A DNA stretch of 18,548 bases, taken from the NCBI GenBank assembly GCA_036339875.1, contig JAYZAC010000135.1, positions 1 to 18,548 of the forward strand, in the 5' to 3' direction. This DNA is from a bacterium (GTDB lineage Bacteria > Muiribacteriota > UBA6191). This document shows, one piece after another, positions 7,758 to 15,489 of this stretch. Numbering within the stretch: position 1 is the stretch's first letter; every line of letters starts with the position of its first letter. The position numbers and the translations under genes are program-made. The notes under the pieces were generated by a model. The model was not told where the DNA came from. It saw only the letters and a program-made list of their open reading frames with translations, and ran no database searches.

Positions 7758-9491
7758 ATGAAAATGTCCAGTTTAGTGGGTCGCCGCACTAAAGAAACAC
7801 CGAAAGATGCCGAATTGACCTCTCATAAGTTTTTACTTCGCGGTGGGTATATAAAGCAGCAATCCAGCGGAATTTTCTCTATGCTACCTCTTGGAAAGCG
7901 TATCGCTCTGAAAATCGAAAGAATTATCAGAGAAGAAATGGATGCTATCGAAGGTCAAGAAGTGACTATGCCTGTGGTCATGCCTGCCAGTATCTGGAAA
8001 GAAAGTGGTCGCTACGATGCCGTAGACAATACCATGGTTAGGTTTGACGATCGTACAGGCGCCCCTTGCGTACTTGGCATGACCCATGAAGAAGCTGTCG
8101 TTCATATGGTAAGAGGCGATGTTACGTCATACAAGCAGCTACCGTTGATGGTTTATCAAATTCAAACTAAATTTAGAGACGAACCACGTAGTCGCGGTGG
8201 CTTAATTCGTGTTCGAGAATTTACAATGAAAGATGCTTACAGTTTTCATGCCTCGCAGGAATGTCTAGAAAATTATTACGAGCGTTGCTATAAAGCATAT
8301 GAACGTATTTATGCTCGTTGTGGCTTAACTAACGTAATTTCAGTAGAGTCAGACTCAGGAATGATGGGCGGCTCAGTAGCTCACGAATTTATGTATGTGA
8401 ATGAATGTGGTGAAGACACATTAATTTTGGGAAAAAATAGCGAATATAAAGCTAACAAAGAAGTCGCCATAACAAGATATGAATATCCCCCAGAAAAATC
8501 TCTAGAGCTTAAAGAGGTTCACACTCCAGATCATTCCACAATTGAAGATGTGGCAAGATTCTTAGGAATTGATCAAAAAAAGACCTGTAAAATTGTACTA
8601 CTGGAAAATATGCAGGACAATAAGTTAGTCACCGTTCTTGTTCGGGGTGATCGTGAAATTAATGAAATAGCCGTCCGTAAAGCTTTGAGTGGCGCAGAAA
8701 TTAAGTTTGCAGAAGAAGATTTAATTCTTAATGCAGGTATCTATCCAGGATATGGTTCTATGATTGGTGTGGATATCGATAAAGTCCATCTTCTGATTGA
8801 CGAATCAATTATTGGAAATTCAAATCTGGTAGTTGGAGCCAATAAAAAAGACTACCACGTTAAAAATTGGAATTTTAAAAGAGACTTGAATGCTGGAATT
8901 ATTGGTCAATTTAGTTTCGTTCAAGAAGGAGACTTAGACCCAACAGGAGCAAACCAAATTAAACTAACTAGAGGAGTTGAAGTCGGTAATATTTTTCAGT
9001 TAGGTACTAAATATTCTCAATCTATGGGAGCTACCTATTTGGATGATAATGGTAAAGCACAAGACTTCATAATGGGTTGTTATGGTATCGGTGTAGGTCG
9101 TCTTCTGGCCTGCCTAATTGAAGAACATCATGATAATTTTGGACCCCTATGGCCAATTGCTACCGCACCTTTCGAAGTACATCTATGTATGCTGGATAAA
9201 AAGAAAGAAAATATTGAGGAAATTGGCTGGAAAGTATACAGAGAGCTTCGATCTGCTGGTGTTGACGTCCTAATCGACGATCGTAATGAAAAAGCAGGCT
9301 TTCAATTTGCGGATGCAGATCTAATCGGGGCTCCCTTAAGAATAGTTCTATCCGCGAAAACTGTAAAGCAAGGTCAATTTGAACTAGGCTTTCGAGGAAG
9401 CAGAGACAAAGAACTCTTTGCGCTAGATAATCTTACAAAAGTGGTTAATGATAAATTAAACATAATTAAGCAAGACAAAAACACACTCTAA
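7758..9491 (+). CDS. proS: Proline--tRNA ligase, bacterial type with INS editing domain
   Basis: THEE, YQIQTKFRDEPRSRGGLIRVREFTMKDAYSF (motif 2), GVEVGNIFQLGTKYS, MGCYGIGVGR (motif 3) and the anticodon domain DDRNEKAGFQFADADLIGAP. 577 aa. Confidence 0.98.
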   Translation: MKMSSLVGRRTKETPKDAELTSHKFLLRGGYIKQQSSGIFSMLPLGKRIALKIERIIREEMDAIEGQEVTMPVVMPASIWKESGRYDAVDNTMVRFDDRTGAPCVLGMTHEEAVVHMVRGDVTSYKQLPLMVYQIQTKFRDEPRSRGGLIRVREFTMKDAYSFHASQECLENYYERCYKAYERIYARCGLTNVISVESDSGMMGGSVAHEFMYVNECGEDTLILGKNSEYKANKEVAITRYEYPPEKSLELKEVHTPDHSTIEDVARFLGIDQKKTCKIVLLENMQDNKLVTVLVRGDREINEIAVRKALSGAEIKFAEEDLILNAGIYPGYGSMIGVDIDKVHLLIDESIIGNSNLVVGANKKDYHVKNWNFKRDLNAGIIGQFSFVQEGDLDPTGANQIKLTRGVEVGNIFQLGTKYSQSMGATYLDDNGKAQDFIMGCYGIGVGRLLACLIEEHHDNFGPLWPIATAPFEVHLCMLDKKKENIEEIGWKVYRELRSAGVDVLIDDRNEKAGFQFADADLIGAPLRIVLSAKTVKQGQFELGFRGSRDKELFALDNLTKVVNDKLNIIKQDKNTL

Positions 9492-9623
9492 ATCAATCCT
9501 TTTGTTCTAAAATATGGATGACCATTGAGCGAGTAGTGAAGCCTAGGTATGCAGCATAAAAAATGATTTGAATCAGCAACTTTTATGCGAGAGTCTGCGT
9601 AGTGATTTGCGGAGGAACTTTTA

Positions 9624-12600
9624 ATGATTTTTCGCGTTCTACTACCCGTTTTGTTTCTGTCACTGTTGTGTCAATCTCTAGTTGCCAATCAAATGAAGGC
9701 ACCTACAACCCCTAAAAACCCCAATGTAAGTGCAGGTATTAATACCAACTTGAAGAATTTATACAGAGCTAAAAAACAGCTAGAATTATCTCAAACGCTA
9801 ACCAGTAAACTACATCAAATTCGAAATGTACAGAACGAATCTTTTTCAAAAATTTTACAACAAGCATATCAATTAGAGCGTGGAAAAATGCCCTCTAAAG
9901 CTAAAGTTCAGCAACTAGATTCCTTCTTAAGACAAGCTATTAAATTTCGTAATGCCGATAAGCAACTTTCTATTAAAACGTTAACTAGACTCGTCAAAGC
10001 TAATAAATCATTTGATGGATTGAAGCGCACTGCGGATGGACTACAAAGATTTACTACAGAAATTAAGAACTGGGATAAAGCGAGAATTGAAACAACAAAA
10101 ATTTACAATAAAGTAAATGGCATAAGAACAAAACTAGGTTATGCAGAACTTGAGCCATATAAAGTAAAAGTGGTTCGTAGAATAGCAACCAATGACTACC
10201 GATTCCTATTGGAAGATAGTATTCGTCAGAAACAAGATTTAACTAAAAAATTACTGAAATCCAAGACTTACAAATCGAAAGCTGAAATTCGACAAGCGAT
10301 CCTAAACAAAGAACCCGCGGTCAAAGATTTGGCTCAACTTGATCGTCGTATTCGATTCTTAGACACAAGCCTTAAGGAAAATCCCTTAAAATATTCTAAG
10401 TTTAAAGCAAACAAAGTTCACCAGAAAGTCACCCAATTTACTAAGTCCACTAAAATTGCTCAGCAAGGTATCTCGTTTTTGAACAAAATGCCGGCAAACA
10501 GCAGTATGGTTGATGCCTTAAGAGCTCAGCGTCTTGATATTTACCATCAATTGAAGATAAGTGGAGATTACAAAACATGGCGTCAGATAAGAACTGCTTT
10601 AAAAGACCCCAAAATTAATAACCCCAAAATTATTGAACTACGTAAAATTGACACCAAAATTCAGAAAGCTCGTTATGACATTAGGATGTCTCGCCTACCC
10701 TTAGTATCAGAAAATAAATTTTTCGCGAAGCGTTGGGCAAATTTGAATAACGAAATTTTAAGACTGAAAACACTCAAAAAGTATGCTCGGACTGATACAA
10801 ATATTAAAACTACTCATGTAGATAGTTTGAAATTAACCCAGCGTAGTTTATACATGGAGCAGTCATCTCTGCGATTGAAACATAGTTTAATAGCAGACAA
10901 AACATACTCTTCACCTCAAGAGCTCAGTAAAGCCCTCAAAGTTGGAAACTTCAAAGATCCTCGCATGAAATCTTTGGCACGCTTAGAAACTGACTTATCT
11001 AAGGTTAAGTCAAAAATTACACGTTCAGTAAGTGGTAAAGTAGGCTACATAACTCGTCTTTACAATGAAGCTAGTAATAATGGAAAAATTCCTACGAAAG
11101 CTCAAAATTTAGCTCAATCAGCCAAACTAAGTACTAAGGAATTATTGAAGCAATCTAGCAATGCCGGAGCAAAGTTCAAACAACAGAGCAAAGAGCTTTT
11201 CGTAAAAGGTAAAGAAGGATTTACTCGCGCTACGAATAAGGCTCTAGAAAATGGGCAGAAGCTCTACACTCGAAGTGGAGAACAGTTTCAAGTAGCAAAA
11301 TCCGTGCTTGTCGAGAAATCCGGAAAGTTATATAAAGCTAGTAAGAATGGTTTAACCCGGGTTAAAAGTGGTATTGATACACAAGGTACTCGTTTGTATG
11401 AAGCCTCTAAAAATGGAGCTTTGAAAGCGGTAAAAAACTCCGGTAGGTCAGCAGCAAAACTTTATGTTAAAACAAAGAATGGTTTAACAAAGGCAACCCA
11501 AAATAACTTACAGTCAGGTGCTAAAATTTATACTGCTGGCAGCAATGGTGTAAAAAAGGCTAGTGGATCTCTCATTGCTAAGGGCAATGATCTGTACGTA
11601 GTGGCCAAAGATGGCCTAACTCGAGCAAAAACTAATTCTGTTAAAGGTGCTCAAAAATACTATGAAATTTCAAAATCTGGTTCAACAAAAGTAATCAATA
11701 CTCTTGGTAAAGCCGGTGGTGACCTCTGGATTAAAACCAAAGATGGGCTATCCAGAGCTTCCAGAAACTCTATCAAACAAGGCACAAAACTTTACAGCAT
11801 TGGTAAGAGTGGTTTACTAGATGTAAAGAATGCAATAGTCGAAAAGTCTGGTCGGCTATATCGATCTAGTAAGAAAGGATTGATTAGAATACAAGATGCA
11901 ACTAAAGCTGGCGGTTCTCATCTATATAAAGCGACAAGCAATGGTGTTTTACGAACTGGAAAATCAATAACAACCAAAAGTAGTGAGCTTTACATCAAGA
12001 CACAGCAAGGTTTTCAGAGAGCCACACGCTCAACTCTTACACAGGGAGCTAAAGTCTATAATCTTGGTAAAGAAGGTTTAACTAATGCAAAAAATGTAGT
12101 AGTCGAGAAAGCAGGTAAACTCTACACAAACGGTAAAAATGGCTTGACTCAACTTCAGAAAGTTCCGGCTGAAGGAGCAAAAGTTTATCGAACCGCCAAA
12201 AATGGAGTAGTCAGTAAAGTACATTCAACTGGAAAACAAATTAACGGGCTTTACGTGAAGGGCAAAAAAGGCTTTATTCAGGCTTCCAAAGCTTCAATTT
12301 CGAAAGGTACTGAACTTTACTCTATTGGTAAAAATGGTGTACAGAAAATTAGTCGAACATCTCTTCAAAAGGCAGGCGGTTTATATACAATAACTTCAAA
12401 TGGTGTATCCCGAGCTACTGCGGAGACAGTAAAAGCTGGAGCCCGTGTTTATGAGTTCAGTAAAAATGGATTTAATCAGCTCAAGTCTGGCTTGGTGGAA
12501 ACCAGTGGTAAATTGTATAAGACGTCTAAAGATGGTTTAACTAGGGCAACCAAAACCAGTGCTCAAAAAGCCGGTAAATTATTCTCTACTACTAGAAATG

Positions 12601-14510
12601 GTAGTATCAGCTTAGCAAAAGCTGGTGGGGACGCAACAAGTCGTCTTTATACGGCGGGTAAAGACGGTTTAGTGCGTGTTACACAATCTAGTATCAAAGC
12701 CGGTAATCAACTTTATACCATGGGTAAAAATGGCGTAGTCAAAGCTGGCAACGCTGTCATTAATTCTGGCGGGCAATTTTATACACATACTAAGAAAGGA
12801 TTGGTAAAAGTAACTCAAAATTCTGTTAAAACCGGTGCTAAAATCTTTAATATTGGTAAAAATGGAGCAATTCAAGCGTCCAATTATATTGGTGGTCGCA
12901 TAAGGATGGGGCAGTTGAATGCTGGACATCAATGGATTGTAAATAATAATACTTCAAACTCAGGATTTTTGGGTAACAGCTATAAACCCAGTTCACCAGC
13001 TAATACTCCATTGCGAGCCGCAAATGTAAATAATAACAGTAATCCAAATTTGATGGCTCGCATGAACCCATTGAATAATTTCAACTCGAATGCTGTAAAA
13101 CCGGTACCTATTTCTAATCCGAAACCTCCTACTGCAGGAACACCAAAACCGGGTAATGGAAATTCAGGCAGTGGTAAGCAAGGAGCGGTTTGGGATAAGG
13201 TAAAAAATAGTGCTTGGGGAAAACAAACCTCCCAGACTGGTAAAGAATTAGCTAAGGGAATAGGAAATCTTAAAGGAAAAAGTCCTACAGAGGTAGTTAG
13301 ACATGTAAAAACTGTTGGTAACAAAGTCGTAGACAAAACCTTAGCACCTAATGGTTACGAAATTAAAAGAGATGCAATTGCCGGTAAGATCCAAGCTAAA
13401 ATAAGTCAATTAAATCTAGATATAGCTAATGCAAGAGCAAATAATCAGCTCAAGAAAGCAGCTAAATTGGAGGCTCTGCGAAATTCACTAAAGGGTGAAT
13501 ATCAAAAGTCACAAATTGGTCCACAAGGGGCACAGCTGAAGGCTCAGATTAAAGCGATTGGTGATCAAATCAATAGTCTCAAGGCCAATGGTGGTAGTAA
13601 GACTGACATAAAAGCATTGAAGCAAATTCAAACCCAGAAACAACAGTCTCTAAAAGAGCTCCAGGGTAATAAACCTGGTACTGCAAAAGCCTATGTTCGA
13701 GATGGATTACGTTTTGCAGTAATTTCTGCAGCTACTCAAGGCATACTTAATCTAGTAGACCAAGTAAAAAGTGGAAATGAAGTCAATGTTGGTAATGCCT
13801 TCAGCTTCATTACCTCCCCTGAATTCGTTATGGGAACTTCAGGTGCCTTTGCTGGTGGTCTCATTGTTCAAAAAACAATGGCGTCGGGTTTTGGAAAAAT
13901 AATGATGCACAGTGTAATGAACGTTATACCTGGCGGCCCATTCGTTAAGAGCGTCGTTAGCGTGCTCCCCTATACTTTGGGTGCAATGGTAGGCTCAGAC
14001 CTACTCACAGGAAATTTAGGTCAACGTGGAATCGGTGAAACTCTAGCCAGTGGTATTGGTTCATCAGTGGGTATGATGCTCGGCTCCGCCCTTTTTCCTC
14101 CGGTGGGTTCAATAGCTGGAGCTGTGCTAGGTGGAATGATAGCTGATTCTTTGTTTAAGTCATTTGGAGCTGGTGATAGTCAAGAATTAGCTGTGCGAAT
14201 GCTTTATGAACCCCAATGGATTGAGTTTAATGAACTCGCCTACACTGATCAGGATACTTCTGAATTAAAAGCTACTATGGAAGCTACTGAAGGAGAGTTC
14301 CAAGCTTGGATGAAACCATTTTTAGATGGACTTACAAGTATCGAGGAACTCGAACAGGCTAAGGCTGATACATACCAACGCTATACCAATGCAGTAAACG
14401 ATCATGGACCAGACCATCCTAATGCAAAAAATTCTTATCGACTTTATCAAGAAATCAGTCAAAGGATCGAGGAAGCAAGAAAACTGGGAGAATTTTCAAT
14501 AGGAGAGTAG
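9624..14510 (+). CDS. Large secreted lysine-rich repeat protein with C-terminal glycine-zipper hydrophobic region; function unknown
   Basis: 1628-aa uninterrupted ORF with GGAGG RBS and signal peptide MIFRVLLPVLFLSLLCQSLVA. It contains internal repeats, a P/N-rich linker, Gly-rich hydrophobic helices and an acidic tail. Confidence 0.88.
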   Translation: MIFRVLLPVLFLSLLCQSLVANQMKAPTTPKNPNVSAGINTNLKNLYRAKKQLELSQTLTSKLHQIRNVQNESFSKILQQAYQLERGKMPSKAKVQQLDSFLRQAIKFRNADKQLSIKTLTRLVKANKSFDGLKRTADGLQRFTTEIKNWDKARIETTKIYNKVNGIRTKLGYAELEPYKVKVVRRIATNDYRFLLEDSIRQKQDLTKKLLKSKTYKSKAEIRQAILNKEPAVKDLAQLDRRIRFLDTSLKENPLKYSKFKANKVHQKVTQFTKSTKIAQQGISFLNKMPANSSMVDALRAQRLDIYHQLKISGDYKTWRQIRTALKDPKINNPKIIELRKIDTKIQKARYDIRMSRLPLVSENKFFAKRWANLNNEILRLKTLKKYARTDTNIKTTHVDSLKLTQRSLYMEQSSLRLKHSLIADKTYSSPQELSKALKVGNFKDPRMKSLARLETDLSKVKSKITRSVSGKVGYITRLYNEASNNGKIPTKAQNLAQSAKLSTKELLKQSSNAGAKFKQQSKELFVKGKEGFTRATNKALENGQKLYTRSGEQFQVAKSVLVEKSGKLYKASKNGLTRVKSGIDTQGTRLYEASKNGALKAVKNSGRSAAKLYVKTKNGLTKATQNNLQSGAKIYTAGSNGVKKASGSLIAKGNDLYVVAKDGLTRAKTNSVKGAQKYYEISKSGSTKVINTLGKAGGDLWIKTKDGLSRASRNSIKQGTKLYSIGKSGLLDVKNAIVEKSGRLYRSSKKGLIRIQDATKAGGSHLYKATSNGVLRTGKSITTKSSELYIKTQQGFQRATRSTLTQGAKVYNLGKEGLTNAKNVVVEKAGKLYTNGKNGLTQLQKVPAEGAKVYRTAKNGVVSKVHSTGKQINGLYVKGKKGFIQASKASISKGTELYSIGKNGVQKISRTSLQKAGGLYTITSNGVSRATAETVKAGARVYEFSKNGFNQLKSGLVETSGKLYKTSKDGLTRATKTSAQKAGKLFSTTRNGSISLAKAGGDATSRLYTAGKDGLVRVTQSSIKAGNQLYTMGKNGVVKAGNAVINSGGQFYTHTKKGLVKVTQNSVKTGAKIFNIGKNGAIQASNYIGGRIRMGQLNAGHQWIVNNNTSNSGFLGNSYKPSSPANTPLRAANVNNNSNPNLMARMNPLNNFNSNAVKPVPISNPKPPTAGTPKPGNGNSGSGKQGAVWDKVKNSAWGKQTSQTGKELAKGIGNLKGKSPTEVVRHVKTVGNKVVDKTLAPNGYEIKRDAIAGKIQAKISQLNLDIANARANNQLKKAAKLEALRNSLKGEYQKSQIGPQGAQLKAQIKAIGDQINSLKANGGSKTDIKALKQIQTQKQQSLKELQGNKPGTAKAYVRDGLRFAVISAATQGILNLVDQVKSGNEVNVGNAFSFITSPEFVMGTSGAFAGGLIVQKTMASGFGKIMMHSVMNVIPGGPFVKSVVSVLPYTLGAMVGSDLLTGNLGQRGIGETLASGIGSSVGMMLGSALFPPVGSIAGAVLGGMIADSLFKSFGAGDSQELAVRMLYEPQWIEFNELAYTDQDTSELKATMEATEGEFQAWMKPFLDGLTSIEELEQAKADTYQRYTNAVNDHGPDHPNAKNSYRLYQEISQRIEEARKLGEFSIGE
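11193..12896 (+). repeat. About 26 tandem degenerate 22-aa protein repeats, consensus approximately KLYxxxKNGLx(R/K)xxxxxxxxG
   Basis: Counted by eye from ELFVKGKEGFTRATNKALENGQ to KIFNIGKNGAIQASNYIGG. The period is 22 aa, with one 21-aa unit. The DNA is highly diverged between units. Confidence 0.92.
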
Positions 14511-14514
14511 AACC

Positions 14515-14984
14515 TCAGGACTTGACTATCCACTTGAGAATGTCTTCAGACTTTCTAGAGTTAAAACTCTTAACTAAACTCTCTATTCTCATAACCTCAC
14601 TATAAAAACCCGCAACATTCCCTTCTGTACCGAAGCAAACATAAACAAAGCAATTATCTAAATAATTAAGCATTTTTTATATCATCTGCAAATCTACAAT
14701 TGGGCTATCTCCGCATACTCTAAAAATTGTATTAGCTCCATAATAATTAGTACATTCTATACAAGGAAGTAACGCGTTATTAAGAGATCCTCGAAACACT
14801 TTAAAATCACTACGAGAAATTAATTCGGTTAGTTGATCATCAGTGGGCTCTTCATAGGTAAATAGAACAACATGATCTATTTTTCCTCTAATAAAGTGCA
14901 GCGATTTATTACGTAATTAGCTAAACTTTCACGTCCAAAAGATAAGAGCATTTTATGCGGTCTCGCTTGAATACCTATTAACAT
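14515..14984 (-). pseudogene. spsF: Degraded SpsF-like (cytidylyltransferase family) gene
   Basis: ATG at 14984 after AGGAAG gives MLIGIQARPHKMLLSFGRESLANYVINRC. A frameshift near 14880-14890 leads to KIDHVVLFTYEEPTDDQLTELISRSDFKVFRGSLNNALLPCIECTNYYGANTIFRVCGDSPIVDLQMI. After an in-frame TAA (14679-14677) it continues KMLNYL..GFYSEVMRIESLVKS to TGA at 14517-14515. IQAR, DD, VFRGS and R.xGDxP.xD are SpsF hallmarks. Confidence 0.82.
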
Positions 14985-15048
14985 TGTTATAAATCTTCCT
15001 ACAAATTATTGTTGATTAAAATAATTTTAGAAAAAATACCGCAAGCAC

Positions 15049-15076
15049 TTGACGCCTAAACAATACCACTTAGACT
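15049..15076 (+). promoter_or_regulatory. Candidate sigma70 promoter (TTGACG-N16-TAGACT) for the 15119/15490 operon
   Basis: -35 at 15049-15054 and -10 at 15071-15076, with AT-rich sequence upstream. GGAG RBS lies before ATG 15119. Confidence 0.55.
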
Positions 15077-15118
15077 TTCTGGTTATTTAATTTTAATCAT
15101 TTAATTATTGGAGACATA

Positions 15119-15487
15119 ATGTATCGATGGTTACTCGCAGCATTCTTAATGTTCGCACTTAATAGTGCAATCGCAGCTCAAAATATTCTAATAACCCAAA
15201 GTACAGTTATCACCGAGTCTGATGACGATTGCGATGATAGTTGTCCATTACCAGAAGATGGCGATGAAAACGTGGCCAGTGGATGCCCTGGTGGCGGCGA
15301 CGATGACGGAGATGGAGACGAAGGCGGTTGCCCACATCAAAGTACTGCTGCTGAAGGTTGTCCTGGTGGCGGCGATGATGACGGAGATGGAGACGGTGGC
15401 GGTTGCCCACATCAAAGTACAATTGCACACGGCTGTGGAGACGATGGTTGTGATGGCGATGATAATTCGGGAGATGACAAGAATTAG
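15119..15487 (+). CDS. Small secreted Asp/Gly/Cys-rich repeat protein
   Basis: GGAG RBS and signal peptide MYRWLLAAFLMFALNSAIA. Eight Cys in four pairs flank acidic loops. Differences between the repeat copies are mostly synonymous in this frame (gga/ggt, tgc/tgt, gac/gat, act/aca). Confidence 0.85.
   Translation: MYRWLLAAFLMFALNSAIAAQNILITQSTVITESDDDCDDSCPLPEDGDENVASGCPGGGDDDGDGDEGGCPHQSTAAEGCPGGGDDDGDGDGGGCPHQSTIAHGCGDDGCDGDDNSGDDKN
15281..15430 (+). repeat. Two tandem 75-nt direct repeats encoding GCPGGGDDDGDGD(E/G)GGCPHQSTxAx
   Basis: Copies at 15281-15355 and 15356-15430. A degenerate third unit starts at 15431 (GCGDDGCD). Confidence 0.95.
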
Positions 15488-15489
15488 TC

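Noticed and set aside
7217..8105. Antisense ORFs 7217..7489 and 7884..8105
   Set aside because: Opposite well-supported genes, with no independent evidence.
12669..13336. Antisense ORFs 12669..12932 and 12980..13336
   Set aside because: Shadows of the 1628-aa gene.
2727..14510. Prophage or tailocin suggested by holin-like genes plus a tape-measure-like protein
   Set aside because: No capsid, tail, baseplate, lysin or integrase genes. The giant protein has a signal peptide, and housekeeping genes intervene.
15281..15430. CRISPR-like array
   Set aside because: Only two adjacent in-frame coding copies, no unique spacers and no cas genes.
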